Positions 37,678 through 51,448 of a stretch of DNA of 61,681 nucleotides are shown here, one piece after another. Origin of the DNA: Basidiobolus meristosporus CBS 931.73 (lineage: Eukaryota; Fungi; Basidiobolomycota). A program made the position numbers and the translations under genes. Location: positions 1 through 61,681 of the forward strand of contig MCFE01000531.1 of assembly GCA_002104905.1 (NCBI GenBank). Reading direction: 5' to 3'. Every line of letters starts with the position of its first letter. Positions within the stretch are counted from its first letter, which is position 1. Under the pieces are notes generated by a model, which did no database searches, was not told where the DNA came from, and worked only from the letters and a program-made list of their open reading frames with translations.

Positions 37678-40470
37678 ATGTCCTTTGTAAGTGTTCACGA
37701 ATATCCGTGGCTTCCTGTTCTTTTACTAACGTCAAACCCAGAATGATGCACTCTCGAATCTGTTGCCGAAAGGCTTCGGAAAACAGCCTGAGCGTAAAAG
37801 TAACAAGAATGAGACGGCAGAGCAAAGCGATATTGTCGAAGAGGATGTTATCGAGGACCTAGATCCGCTTCGTAGTATGGTCCCTATGTCTTTTGGAAAG
37901 CAGAAGAAAGAGGTGGACATGTCCGCCTACTTTGAGAAATCCAAAAGAACGGTAGAGGGGAAGGAAACGGTAGCAATGATCTAGCAATCATTGACCATAG
38001 AATACTTGACTTACACTAGATTCCAGTTGATGCACAGCACAAGAGAGTCCAAAGCTAAGGATTCCGAAGAGGAAATGGACAGCGAGGAGGAGGAGGAGGA
38101 AGAGGAAGAGGAACGAGAGATTACTCTGGACGAGATGCTTCCCATATCGCATGAAATCAAGCTTAAAGATCATTACAAGGTTTTTTGAGAGTGTGATGCT
38201 TTGTAGACTTGGAAAGATGCTAACCCGAATTGATAAAGACCGTCTCTGCTCTTGCTCTCGACCCAGCAGGAGCTCGACTAATAACAGGGGGATACGACTA
38301 TGATGTGAAGTTCTGGGATTTTTCTGGAATGGATTCCTCACTCAGACCGTTCAGAAGTTTGGAGCCCTGTGGTGGACATCAAGTACATTTCTACGGCAAC
38401 TCGATGCTCGGGAATTTTACTGACTTCTTCGAAGATCCACGATTTGCAATATAGCATTACTGGTGACCAATTCCTGATCATGTCCGGATCAGCCAGCGCC
38501 AAACTTTACGACCGCGATGGGTTTGAAATGTTAGCCGTCACAGCAACTTCACTCGCCAAAGATGATGCTAACCGAAGATTGATAGTGTAGAATATATGAA
38601 AGGCGACCCTTACCTCCGCGACATGCGACACACAAGGTAGTCACAGCAACGGCGTGAATAGATCGGCTTTGATTCCCTAACACAGTCGTCACCCGTAGTG
38701 GACATGTTGCAGCTCTAACCTCCTGTGCCTGGCACCCATCAAACAAGGAAACATTCATCACCGCTTCTGCAGACAGCACAATCAGGTTCGTGTCTAGCGA
38801 AATGGAGTTCACCTGTATCAGACAAACTGAACGCGGCTGTTTAGAATCTGGGACGTGGAAGATAAGCGCAAGCAAAAGCAGGTGATTTGCTTCAAATCGA
38901 AAAACAGAGGGGGCAGGTCGCCCATCACCGCTTGTAACTACAGTCACGACGGCAAACTGATCGTTGGAGGTAAGCAGGCGCTGCGTTTCGAGGCATCCAA
39001 GCAGTCGTGTTAATGTCGAGCGTTTCCAGCTGCCCAAGATGGCTCCCTCAACCTTTGGTCCACGAATAGCTCTTTTGCTAGACCCACGCATGTATATATT
39101 CTACTCCGCTAGTATCTACCACTCAGCCGCATATTAACCAGTTCGCAATAGAGCCTCAGTGACGCCCATATGCAGGGAAGTGAGACGTCCTCGGCGATTT
39201 TCTCCAAGGATAATCACACCGTTGTTACTCGCGGAGGGGACGACACCGTGAAGAGTAAGTACCTCGTTAAGATCTGGGGCAAGTACGTGCGCTGAGTACG
39301 GGCGTTGATTTTCGCAGTATGGGATATCCGAAACTTCAAGAGCCCACTGAACACTGCCAAGGATCTGACCACCTACAACGCTGAGACGAACGTTATCTTC
39401 AGCCCGGATGAGAAGCTCGTTATCACCGGTATAGTGCATAGCTCAATATTTCCTGCTCGCCCGCTGCTGACAGGTGTTGTAGGAACTGGAGTCAAAAAGA
39501 ATGAAGGATACGGAAAGGTCGTGATGATGGACAGAAACACACTAGAGGTCGTCAGAACGATGAGTATGTTTACATGGCAATACTTACGGCGGAATCGATG
39601 GATCTAATTGATGGATTTTGATTCAGGCGTCTCCCAGTCCAGCGTAGTCAGAGTACTTTGGCATTCTCGCATCAATCAGGTAGGAGAAGCCGCACCATGT
39701 GCTGTATGGAGGTTGGTGCTAACTCTGGGCCATTTAGATCATCACTGGAAGCGGAGACGGTACAGTATCGGTATTTTATGACCCAAACACCAGTGTGAGA
39801 GGGGCCAAACTCTGTGTAGTGAAAGAGCCCAAAGCGCGGTCAGTGGACGACTACGAGATCAACCGGCCCATCTTGACTCCACATGCACTGCCGATGTTCA
39901 AAGACGACCAACCCAGAACCAACCAGCGTAAACGTGAGAAGCTGCGCAAGGATCCTGTTGCATCTAGAAGACCAGGTGCGAGTCTTGATGCTCAGCCGAC
40001 GCCTACTATTCCAACTAATTGCCCATTGCGTTTGTTTAGACCTGCCAGTCAAGGGGCCTGGGCGTGGCGGCAAGGTCGGAGCGAACCTCACACAGCACAT
40101 CATGCGTGATTTAGTCAAGGACACATCTAGAGGTAGGCCGGCCGACGTAGCAAGAGCCGTATCCATATTAATCTGCATTTCTCACCAAAATAGACGAGGA
40201 CCCGCGTGAGGCATTCCTGAAACACGCCAAGGATGCGGAAGGTAATTAGCACTTTATTAGGGATCGCTCGCCGCCAAATCCATTCATATTAATCATTTGA
40301 ATTTCTGCAGAGGATCCGTACTGGGTTGCTCCAGGTAGGCCCAATGCACCATCGAACGACTTGTAGATACTAACCCATTCTGATGGCATCTAGCGTACAA
40401 GAAGCACCAGCCAAACCCGGTCTTTGACAAGAACAAGTACGACGAAGACGAGATGCCACGCCGTCAATGA
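37678..40470 (+). CDS. WDR70: WDR70/Gad1-like WD40 protein (many short exons)
   Basis: PMSFGKQ, LPISHEIKL, VSALALDPAGARLITGGYDYDVKFWDFSGMD, PWAWRQG/DPREAFLK C-terminal region. Confidence 0.9.
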
Positions 40471-40651
40471 ATTTAGAGATGAACAAAGATTAAAGCGTTG
40501 TTGCAAATGTTACGTTTTATATGAGCGATGGAATGGTTCAAACTACCAGTATGGCTAGTCTAGGTGGGGTTGGTATAAGGCAAAAAAGAGGGGAGGAGCG
40601 GATAAATATGTACATCTGTACAGTAGTGCGGTAATCTAGTGGGTTCTGGGT

Positions 40652-41894
40652 TCACTCCAAACTTATGTCTTCCATGGTTTTAAACAGCTCCTCGCTATCT
40701 CGAATTAGCTCCCGAAGCTCTCGGTTCTCGTCACGTAGATCGTTCACCAACAAACATTGCTCGCTGTAGCTGGTCTGAATTGAATTAGACATGGTTAATA
40801 CGGAGACTGGCAGATGCGCAGGAAACGGAGCATACTCGAAGCCTGTCGTATTCTTCCTCCAAGATGATCAGCTCGTTCTGAATCTCCATCCTTCGTTTGG
40901 TCACGATCACCAACTCGTCACTGAATTTCTTCTTCTCCACTTCGAGTGCTCGTTGCTGTTTCCATGGTCGAAGGGTTAGTGCAAACGTCCAACAAAAGGG
41001 TGCACCCATCAGCCAGTTACCATGTCCTCAAATCGCGAATCATAAATTGCACTCTTTTGTTCGGTAAAATCCGCCAACTTCGTCACATATGTGGTGGTTT
41101 CAACGAGGTCGCTGATCCGACTAGTCAGTCGTTCCGTTTCTTCCTTCTGGGCTTTGTTTTGCACTTTCAAAACATCAATCTGCAGAATCCATTAGTTAGC
41201 CGCAAGAGGTGGACACAGTGACTGTTGGAATTCACCTTGTTTTCCAAAACACTTTTGGTGTGTTCGAAGTCTTGTTGCAGGAGGTCAACTTCCTGTTGAT
41301 GCTGATCGACGAGCTATCCAACAGAGAACATCAAAACACATTCGTTGAGGCGGCACAGGAGAGTAACGTACCTTGCTTTGCCATTCGACAAACTGCTCCT
41401 CCAAAGTGACCAGCTTTGCGGTGGTGATTTGCATGTGTTCTAGGGAAAGATAAGGATATGGCTCCGAATACATCCAAAGGCAAGGACCCTTTTTACCTTT
41501 TAGGACAATGATTTCATCTTGAGTTCTAATTGCTTTGCTCTTCCACGAATCTAGCTCCTTGTTAGCTTCCTTCAGCTCGTTATTTAGCTTGCTTATATTG
41601 TCAGTCTGAAAAGTGCACTTAGCAATTCTGTGTAGACAGGGCCGAAGCAACTTGTATATACCTGCTCTTGGCTGTAAATTAAGAGCTGTTTGATGTATTC
41701 TTTCAGGATTTCAGGCTCCGTCTTTGTCAAATCACTGGTTAATAAGCGTGCTCGTTTGGAAGAAACAGGAGGGAAATGGCTACCTCCTCTTTGGCCAGAC
41801 TGGCACACTCTTTCAAATTGAAGGGGGGAGGTTGAGAAGTTAAAACTTTGGGCAGCTTCGTAGGGATATTGGAAAGGCGCAGATTAGCTAGCAT
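40652..41894 (-). CDS. Uncharacterised coiled-coil protein (multi-exon, boundaries approximate)
   Basis: Heptad-rich exons (ISKLNNELKEANKELDSWKSK; LEVEKKKFSDEL..IILEEEYDRLR) separated by GT-AG introns. Confidence 0.55.
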
Positions 41895-42342
41895 GCTGAA
41901 CTGGAGAGTATATTTATGCAAGGAAGATGGTGACTGTTGATTAACGGGAGTTTGGGACGGGGTCAAGTGAATTTATATCCAGCGAACCATGGGAATTGTG
42001 ATCGCAGCCCATTATCCTAAGGAAGTTAGGGAAACAATCATCGTCAAAAATAAATTGCAAGCACGGTTGGAAGCATTCAAGTATTTCCAGAACGGATCAC
42101 ATTAACGACCTTTTCGTTTGAATGCAACCGACATCATTTATGCGCAGACACATGCAACTGCTCATTGTGCTACGAGCCTCAAACAATAAGCATGGCGGTA
42201 CCCTTCAATGATCCCGACCCAGCACATTTATTGGGAATCGTCTCACCGACACTAATCAATGGGTTATGGATGGTGGTAGTCACTTTAATTTAGACACCGA
42301 TTAAATGTATATATTATCTGAAATACAAACGACAAGTGGACC

Positions 42343-42956
42343 TTAGAACGCCATCTCTTCCGAGCCTCCATACAACGCTGAGGGGTTGTTTAGGACCTCG
42401 TTAACTCGAGAGCGCAACTCTTCATCTTGCTCGCTCGACTTGTCTTGCATCCAAAAGAACATTCGCAGGGAGGAGGATTTGAACTTGAGAACGTACACAC
42501 GCCCATCCGATTCCTCCACCTTAAGAAACTCCGCTTCATCGGGGAAGATAATCAGATCCTAGGCAGACCATATTAATACCAGCGAAGCCAAGAAAATCTC
42601 TAGCTCTTTGGGGCATAACTCACATCTTCAACCGAGTTTGTTTTGCGATCTTTCCAATAGAAATGCATCAATGAATCTTCACCCTACACAGAACCACAAA
42701 TGCGATCAATCGGTGAATAGGTTGGCTGCGTCAAGACAGACTAATACCTGCTTCAAGTACACCAAGCTGACAACAAGGTAGTAGATCTCTGGTTAATATC
42801 AAGTCAACTCTTTCGACGATGGAAACCGGGAACTGACCCTTTTCTCGTGTCTGCTTTGACGACATTGGTGTCTCCTTCCCGAAGACATTTGCCTGCCTTG
42901 AACTCGACAAGGTTCTTACTGCGTTGCACAGGTTGTGGAAATAGAGAGGTGGCCAT
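42343..42956 (-). CDS. RPN13: Proteasome ubiquitin receptor Rpn13, Pru domain only (multi-exon)
   Basis: [59 protein letters not shown]. Confidence 0.9.
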
Positions 42957-43257
42957 TTTGCGGTGGATTCGAAAACAACTCACCTTCGCACAGCAGCGAA
43001 TTTAAATAGCAGCAGCAAATCAACTTGAATAGATTACGTAGGTCGCAGCCATCAAAAATAAGAATCAGCGATCTATCGTCCATTGATGTGGTGCAATGAT
43101 GCAGTGCGTTGATTTGGTGGATCTAATGAGCCTAAAGATTTATTAAATCACGAAAAATCTCACAAAACCTAGGTGTGCAAGCACCACATTGATATCAAAA
43201 CTAAGTCGACAAATGGGAAAATCTATGTTACAAAAAGTGTCGCGGGTCGGTGCCCGG

Positions 43258-44779
43258 TCAGTTTCGGACGGCGCCGGAAATCGACCGGAGCAGGTCGATA
43301 GTCTCGATGACAGGTTCAACCTGCACACTTTGACGCTTCTGCTCTTGGATGGCGGAAATCAGCTTACGGAAGAGAGTGCTGGTGTACTCGCCGGTGACCT
43401 CGTTAAACGAACGCGCTTGATATAAACCGTGGTGCAGTTGGTCAATCTATAGGAGTGGGATTAGTGAGTGGATCCCACCACAAGAATCATGATCTTACCT
43501 TGAATTCCAGGTCTTCGAGACCGCTGCGTAGGAACTCGTTATCGGAGTTGTCGACATGTTGCTCGATAAACAGACGCTGCTCAGCTGTCAAATATTCATG
43601 TTCATCGGTATTCGGGTCCACGGACATGGGCTGATCCGCTGAGGCTTGTGTTGGCCATCTTTCTATTGTTGCTGCGTGGTACGTGTTTTGCTTACGAATC
43701 AGCCTGTTCCACTCTTCATTCTCGTTTTGCAGTCTGAGAGACGCGATATTAGGACCGGAAGTGACGTGCAAGCAGGCTCCTTATCTTACCTTTCTATGGA
43801 GTGTGTGTACTCCTGCTTCTTCTGTTTGTTGATGATGTTTTGGGGGTTTTCCTTGAAAGTGAACGATTCATTGGCGGTCTGAGTGGACTAAAACCCACCT
43901 ATCGGTTAGCCGTGGCTAAATAGTAGAAGATTTTGGGAAATACATACATCCCGCGAGTACCACGAGGTGCTAACTTCGTTGTTCACCAACTTCGCCATGA
44001 TCTCTTCTTGAATGGCCTTGGCAAGTTCGAGTGCCTCTTGATCCTTCGAGGTTTGCTTATCCATAGCTCGACGTCCACACCAAACCAAAAGCTGCTTCAT
44101 GCGTACTGGGTCGGGAAGTTCCGGGGATATATGCTTGAAGAAGTCGGCCTCACTCACCGAAGGATGGGGTAGTGCTGCAGAGACATGGAGGTTAAGGAGG
44201 TGGCAAAGAGACAAGTTTGCAGCACATCTCACAACTTACAAATGAAGCCCCCGGCGATGGAAGACGCTCTTTTACCACGCTTTGCAAAGCTGGATCTTCT
44301 ACGAGTATTTCTAAACTCCTTGTTCTTATTTATCATGGGTGTCTCTTCGATGGGGATTTGGACAACAGCCTCTGAATAGTGGTGCTTTGGACGCGATACA
44401 TTCTTTGCAAAAGTTAGACAGAAACGGAGAGAGCTTTGGAGAGGCGAAAGTACCTTTGGCTTTGCCTCTGGCTCGTTCAAGAAAAAGTTTTCGTCATCGA
44501 TGACCCGTGTTAGTCGACGGGACTTGATCTCCTTGGCCACGGGTACTGGCTTGGGTGGAGCCTCAGTAACCTTCGGTTTCTTTGTGGACTTCTTGGGGAT
44601 TTTGGCTCGCGTAAACACAAAGCCAAGATCGTTCTCTTGAACGATTTGGGATAGATCGCGCTAGAAAAAAGACCAGGTTACTCTATGTGACAGGACAACA
44701 AGGATACTACGGGGGAAGGGAAAGCAACCTTCTCTTTGGTGGTTTTTTGTTTCGCGTAAGTCTGAGTACTAGGTGGCAT
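43258..44779 (-). CDS. MIS13: Kinetochore MIND/Mis12-complex subunit Mis13/Dsn1 (multi-exon)
   Basis: RRRSSFAKRGKRASS, PHPSVSEADFFKHISPELPDPVRMKQLLVWC, NNEVSTSWYSR, LQNENEEWN. Confidence 0.85.
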
Positions 44780-45179
44780 GGCTGTACGTGAGGGGAAGAG
44801 GGGGAAGTGACTAGGCTGGATGTACGAAAGTTAAGAATACCAAACAGGTACGTGAACATCAAAAGTTGACTTTCAATTTTGTTGATTGTTTACATTGCGA
44901 TGCTCTTAAAATTCAATTGGTTTACATTTGGAATATCACCAATTAGTGGGTGACTTTGGCAGAACAATGCACTCATTATTGGTGAACAGAATTGTTATTC
45001 GATTTCATCCCTAAGCATCCCAACCTCCCTTTCAACCAAATCAATCAACTCTGATCAATCCACCTTCAATCGCCACAGTAATTCAATACTCTGTACACTA
45101 CAAATCAAACATCAAAGGATCGAAGTTTTCGTCAAGTAAAACAATTGCACCGACTCTGGAACGAGACCGGGCGCTAAAT

Positions 45180-46135
45180 TTATTGTTGGGAACGAGCAAA
45201 AGCAGCCTTCTTTTGTTCGACCTTGTTGCGACGTTGCTTGAGGTTGAGCTTGACTTTGTGGTAACGCTTGGTCTTCTCACCTTGGGCGGGCTTCTTCTTC
45301 TCGGTGGGCTTGAAGGTAGGATCCTCACGGATCTTTTGGTGAGCAGCCTCGTACATCTCCTCAACGTTGTCTTCGTTGAGACCGGCTTCGAGGTACTTGG
45401 CGAATTGACGCTTGTACTTGTCCTCATCTTCTTCGGCGAGGTAGCTCATGTACTCGGCAACGTGGCCACCATAAAGGTAGCTACGGAGGACCTCAGAGTC
45501 CAAAGACTTAGACTCGGCATCGTAACCGGGGAAACGGTTCTCGGAATGGGGAATGAAGATACCACCATCAGAGGCACCCTTGAGGGCGGCGAAGACACGG
45601 GAACCAGTGGTGGTGCGCTTCAAACCAACATCAAGGAAGGCCTTGAAGGGACGAGGAGCATCCTCGAGCTCTTCAACAAGGGAGATGGTACCATCAGCCT
45701 CTTCGACACCTTGGTACTTGTCAGCAAGACCAAGCTTGGTCAAGACACGACGGGCAACGAGGAGACCAGTGCAGTAGGCGGCGGAGTAGTTGGTCAAACC
45801 AACCTTGACACCATATCTGGGCAACTCGTGAGAGTAGGCAGAAGCCAAGACGAAGTCACCTTGGATCTTGGCATAGACAATTTGACAGATAACATCGGTG
45901 TTGGTGAAACGAACAACCAATCTGTACTTGGGGGAATTGTATTTGTTCTTGGCCTGGACGACAAGTCTCTTGCGAGCGTAGTAGTCAGTCTTTCCCTCTC
46001 TTCTTCTTCTGTACTTGACTTGGAAACGCTTGAAATAAGCCTTGTTCTTAACGAGCTTGACGAATGGCTACAGGAGGCGAAGAATTAATGAGCAGTCAAT
46101 GGATGGATGAGGTCCATGTCGAGATATCTTACCAT
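45180..46135 (-). CDS. RPL5: 60S ribosomal protein uL18 (L5)
   Basis: ATG followed by an intron. [56 protein letters not shown]. Confidence 0.98.
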
Positions 46136-46455
46136 GACAACGGCCGTACTCTAGGAGAAACTCCGGGAAAGTAGAAAGAAGGATCGGTTCGGATCTTGAC
46201 TATACTTTATATTGCATTATCCTGTGCCACTGATTTTTCCCTCCGCGAGTGCATTCTCTGATTTGTTTGGAAATATCCGGGAATTGGAAAATGCCCTTCT
46301 TTTCCCGACCACTATCCATGCTCATCTGGCTTCTGGACAAAGGTTGATTTTTTTTTTCAGCAGGGGATGGGTTGGCACCATATTGATGGCATTATAATTA
46401 TGGCGTTTATTTTAGGAAGGGGGAAATATAATAACAAAGAATGATGGGAATCGGT

Positions 46456-48240
46456 TTAGTGTTCGGCTTCGTGAGTGGGGGCCTTTTCGCTCTCATCCTT
46501 GGTAGTGACGTCTTGTTCGAAGGCGTCCTGGGGAACAGAGTACAAGCGAAGCATGGGTCTGTTGGGATCCTTGATCAAGATGAATTTGCCTTCGGGCAAT
46601 CTGAGGCAGATGTCCACCATTGCCTTCAAGATACCCCATGCGTTCTGCAAGCTCAAGTTCATCTGAGCGGCGAACTCGGCTGGCTTGAACACCTGGGTGC
46701 CCAGGATCACATGGCGAGTGTTTTCCTTGGGATGGGCACGGCTGACATAACCGAGTCTCAACTGTTCACAGCCAGCAAGAACTGCTTGAAGGGCCCAGCG
46801 AGCGAGCTTCGAGCCGTTGTTCTTCATCTCGGTAGCAACGATGGCACCGCGCTGGGTGTCAAGTTTCTGGCGCCAGTCCAAAGCTCCTCCAGATCCGGGG
46901 GCACGTGAGTCGAACTCATTCAAAGCCTTGATGGTAACGAAGGCATCGGTGTTACCAACCTTGGAGTAGCCGTCAACCTCGGTACGGACAATGAGGTTCA
47001 AGGGCTCCTCTTCGTCACCCAGGTTGAAGCGACGGTAGCGATATCCAGCGGAAGCAAGGGGCTCGGTATCTTGACTGCTTTGGAACGGATTGGGGTTCTC
47101 GAAGTCGTAGGACTCTTCCTCGTTCAGCACTTGGGCGCTGAAGTTGTTGTTGATGTCGGTGGCTTCGTAGGAGAGGGCAGTTGGGTTGTTGAGGTCCCCG
47201 CCTTCGACAGGTGGCTCAGCAGCATTTTCGTTGACCGAAAGGAAGTCGAACACACCGCCGTCGCGTTTATCAAAGATAAGGTTGTCTCCCTCGCGAGTGA
47301 CAATGATGTCCCATGGGTAGGCGGATCTTGGTGCGCTCATCAACAAGGCAAGAATGTTGTCGGTAGCATACACAGTGCCCTCGTTTTTGGCCATCAAAGA
47401 TTGAAGAACGGGATCTTCGCTGGTGGTGACGTTGAAGCGAGTGCGGCTGATCTCCTCCAAAGGCTTTTCGTTCTTGGAGACGATTCTATCGTACGATTTC
47501 TCGTAGTGGAAGAGTTTACCATAGGAAGCGATGTCTTCAGGCTGGCGAACAGGCAAGGCTAATTTGGCAAGACGATGGAGCTCGAATTCCTCCACAACCT
47601 TCCAATCAGGTCCAATGGTAACTGAGGCGTCTCTGGTACGTTGTGGCTTCTTTTGGTAACCAGTTCTGTTGTATCCGCCACGGTTAGCAAACCCGGTACG
47701 TTGGGCTTGTCCGGTCTTTTGGTTTTGGTTCTGGTTGCGACCAGGACGCTAAAGAGAATGGTTTAATACAGAAATAAACACGATTGATCGAGTTGATTGC
47801 TTACTTTGGCGGAAACAGTTCCGCGCACGGATCTCTTTTGAGCACCGGTACGGTTGTCAACAACAGAGAAGCTAGATTCGTCTTCAGTGTGTTGGTATAC
47901 GAAGGCACTGGCTGCACCACTGCCGTAACCCTGGTAGCTCTCTATGGAGCGAACACGGAAGAGGAAAAGATCAGTTATGTCGATCAAACACAAATCGGCT
48001 GGGTAAAATCAGATATGCACCTTTGTAGTTCCTGTAACCTTGACGATTTCTGCCGCCCATGTCCTTATTGTCCTTGTTGTCAGGGGCTGACCAATCGGCG
48101 ATTCTACCTAACTTTTCACCTTTGCTATAGGGGGCATAGGGGATGTCTTTGTATTCCTCGGGGAGATGGGATGCGGACGGACCCCAGCCACTCTCATTAT
48201 CGTGGATGGTGGACAGAACAAAACTAGCACGAGTGGTCAT
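46456..48240 (-). CDS. EIF3D: Translation initiation factor 3 subunit D
   Basis: GWGP..PYAPYSKGEKLGRIADW, TTSEDPVL, DWRQKLDTQRGAIVATEMKNN, IKDPNRPMLRLY. Confidence 0.96.
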
Positions 48241-48539
48241 GATGTTAGATACAAGTGGCAGAGACTACTAGCTAGGATCGTACCGGTATGTAAATCCACT
48301 TTGGCCCTATCCCACACGTCCTTGGGCATCTGGCGGAAAAAAAAGACGCAATAGAAAAAAAAATCCATTGAATGCCGTTGTTTTTCGGCTTCATCTTCGG
48401 TGAACTCCATGGATTTTATTCCATCCCAATCTTATGAACCCGCAATCCTGATTACCCAATTTGGTGCTCTGCACCCAAACCAAATAAACAATTCGAATGT
48501 CAAATCCTTGAAATCCCTTTAGTCGACCACCCAGTGCAA

Positions 48540-50725
48540 ATGCCAACCAAACGAATCACCCGCTCACATACGCGCCTCAGAGAACGGGTAGAGCCGCTCG
48601 AATATGTCGACGAAGTGGAGGAGTGCGAAAGAAAGACAAAGAGAACGCGCAAGGTGAGTCGAAAGGATAGCGTTGCCTCTGCAAAGTCCGACTGCCAGGC
48701 ACCACAAAATCACCACGCCCCTGATTACCATGAGTTTTCTTCGGAGGAAGTTGAGGCAATCAGAAGCGGGTTGGTTGGTTGGTACCATGAGAATAAGAGA
48801 ACCCTTGAATGGAGGGTAGAGTGGGAAGAGGTGAGCTTCAAACAAAGTGCTGCTTTGGGTGCACCTAGGCTCATATACGTTTGTTCGACTCGTAAAGGGT
48901 AGGGAAGAAGACCAGCTAAGTCAACGGGCGTATGAAGGTAAATTCCCCTCAGCACTTGTTGGTGAAGGGCATTAATTTACTTTCCCCATGATAGTCTGGG
49001 TCAGTGAGATCATGCTGCAGCAGGTAGATACTATTCGAAATTGGTCATATCCAGTGGCAAATACTGATGCGGAGCCTTGTAGACCCAGGTCAAAACGGTC
49101 CGAGAATATTATCGCAGATGGATAGCGAGGTGGCCAACTGTGAGGGATCTTGCTAAGGCTGATCTGGAGGTATGGATTGGGCGTTTCTAGATGCCGGTCG
49201 TGGCGGCGAGTAATTCTTCAAATAGGATGTGAACAAGGTCTGGGCTGGACTCGGGTATTACCAACGAGCGCGTAGGCTGCACGAGGGGGCAAAGAAGGTG
49301 GTTAATGATCTGGGTGGGGTAATGCCTTCCAATGCTGCCGATCTGCAACGCCTTATACCTGGGATAGGAAGGTGAGGGTCACTTGGGTCCCGTGTCGACA
49401 AAAATCCACGCTAACATAGCATTACCAGATACACTGCTGGTACCATCAATATTTCACTGGCCAATGTCGCCATTGAGGCTAACTCCATGTTACAGGAGCG
49501 ATAGCTTCTATTGCTTATAACCAACCTGCCGAGCTAGTGGATGGCAATGTTGTGCGTGTACTGACGAGATTGCGTGCTATAGGAGGAGATCCGAAGAGTA
49601 ACGGGGTCATAGCAATGATATGGTGAGTTCCGCATCAATTATGCCCATTACGGCCCCTAATTAACCTTGTTGCTAGGGACTTGGCGAAGACATTGATTCA
49701 CCCCGTTAGTCCAGGCGACTTTAACCAGGCACTCATGGAGCTGGGTGCCACAGTGTGTACGCCAACCAACCCCAGCTGTAAGGTGTGTCCCATACAGTCT
49801 AGTTGTCGAGCTCTTGAGGAGGTAAGCTTCGTTTATGGAGATGCTTTATGCTACGATTGCTTCAATTTCTGGTGAATTACAGACCAAACTGCAAAGAGCC
49901 GTAGTCGCAAAAATGCCAGACATAGAAGGTTGTAGTGGGTTCAGTTTAAACTAATCGATGCTAGTTTAGAAACTGATATACCGCATTCTGTAAAGAATGT
50001 ACTGTGTGCATTCCTAGATCTTCCAGCGACCCATATCGCGTTACGGATTACCCCTGCAAAGTTGAGAAGAAACCGCCCAGAGAAGAAGGTATGCTGAATC
50101 GAGGTTGACCTTTTGGAGTATCGTTAACCAAAAGCCCGTGCAACAGGATGCGTAGTGTGCATATTGGAGCATACCAGTGATACTTCACAGATTCACTATC
50201 TGCTGCAGAAACGCCCGGAGAAAGGTAGCTTGGTCTTGGGATGTGCTTGGTCGAATTACACTGATGCTGCTTGTAGGTCTGCTAGCTGGCCTGTGGGAGT
50301 TTCCGAATGTGTCCATTACTAAGGCCCACCTTTCCAGCCAAGAGTACATCCGAATGGCAGGCGAAGAGGTGCAGGAACGGTTGGGAATCACACTCCCGGA
50401 AGAATCCCAGCGTGAATACATTGGGTCTATCATTCATTTATTTTCTCACATCAGACAGACATACGAAGTTGTTCGGATCTCATTTGACAGGTAGTATTGA
50501 AGGTGGCTTCACTCAGTGATCACGTGACTAAACGTCGTCCCTAGCACCGAAAAGATGCCGCCATTACCAACACTCGCTACCACTGAATTCCAATGGGTCA
50601 GCCAGTCAGAAATTTCGAAATGCGCGATCCCCACGGGGTTAAGGAAAGCCTTCAAGCTGCTCACCAAAGAGATCCCAAAGCCAAAAGCGAAGAATCAACC
50701 AAGCATCAAAGCCTTCTTCCAATAA
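48540..50725 (+). CDS. MUTYH: A/G-specific adenine DNA glycosylase (MutY homolog; many introns)
   Basis: [71 protein letters not shown]...C (4Fe-4S), HLFSHI, C-terminal PIP box QPSIKAFF. Confidence 0.95.
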
Positions 50726-50901
50726 ACTAGCCATAATAAGCAGCCCCTTACTTCACAAATTAAACTGGTTATTCCAGGCTAGATCTGACCACATTGACAG
50801 GCAGGCATCTGTATTAGCAAGATCATGTATGCGCACTAATAAGCTGCATGCATAGTTTGTGACTATATAAAGCGGATGACATCCAAGGCTGCCTCAACAA
50901 T

Positions 50902-51381
50902 ATGAAGAGCTGGGCTTCCCTGATCTGCTTTCTTTTTCTTCTTCTCCAAGTGGTGCTGGGTCTCACCACCACTGTGACCACGAATGTTCTCTCGAGAAAT
51001 TTCGACGTTCAACGAATGCTGAACCTAGTGAATCTACAGCGCACAAGAAATGGCAGGGCCCCATTGAAGCTTGACAATCGACTGGTTCAAGCGGCGCAAA
51101 AGCATACCAATTACCAGGCCAAGGTTGGCCAGCTAACCCATTCCGAGCCCTCTCGACCATTGAGCCTTCGTATATCAGAAACAGGCTTTAGATGGACAGC
51201 AATAGCCGAGAACGTCGCCATGGGCCAAATCAGCACTGATGCGGTCGTGAGGAGTTGGATGAATTCGCCTGGCCATCGACAGAACATCCTTAACCCGCAG
51301 TACACCTACTTCGGGGCTGGCTACTCTTCTAAAGGGAACTATTGGACTCAGGTCTTTGCCAGAGGCGAATACAACAAATAA
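50902..51381 (+). CDS. Secreted CAP/SCP-domain protein, bacterial YkwD-like type
   Basis: Signal peptide; LVN..R..PL..D.RL..AAQKH, AENVAMG, WMNSPGHRQNIL, YWTQVF. No Cys in the mature domain; intronless; TATATAA at ~50864. Confidence 0.9.
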   Translation: MKSWASLICFLFLLLQVVLGLTTTVTTNVLSRNFDVQRMLNLVNLQRTRNGRAPLKLDNRLVQAAQKHTNYQAKVGQLTHSEPSRPLSLRISETGFRWTAIAENVAMGQISTDAVVRSWMNSPGHRQNILNPQYTYFGAGYSSKGNYWTQVFARGEYNK

Positions 51382-51448
51382 ACGGCACATCAATGGTTTC
51401 ATGGATATATTTGAATTAGTTGAACTATTTGAACAAAAAGCGGGCAGT

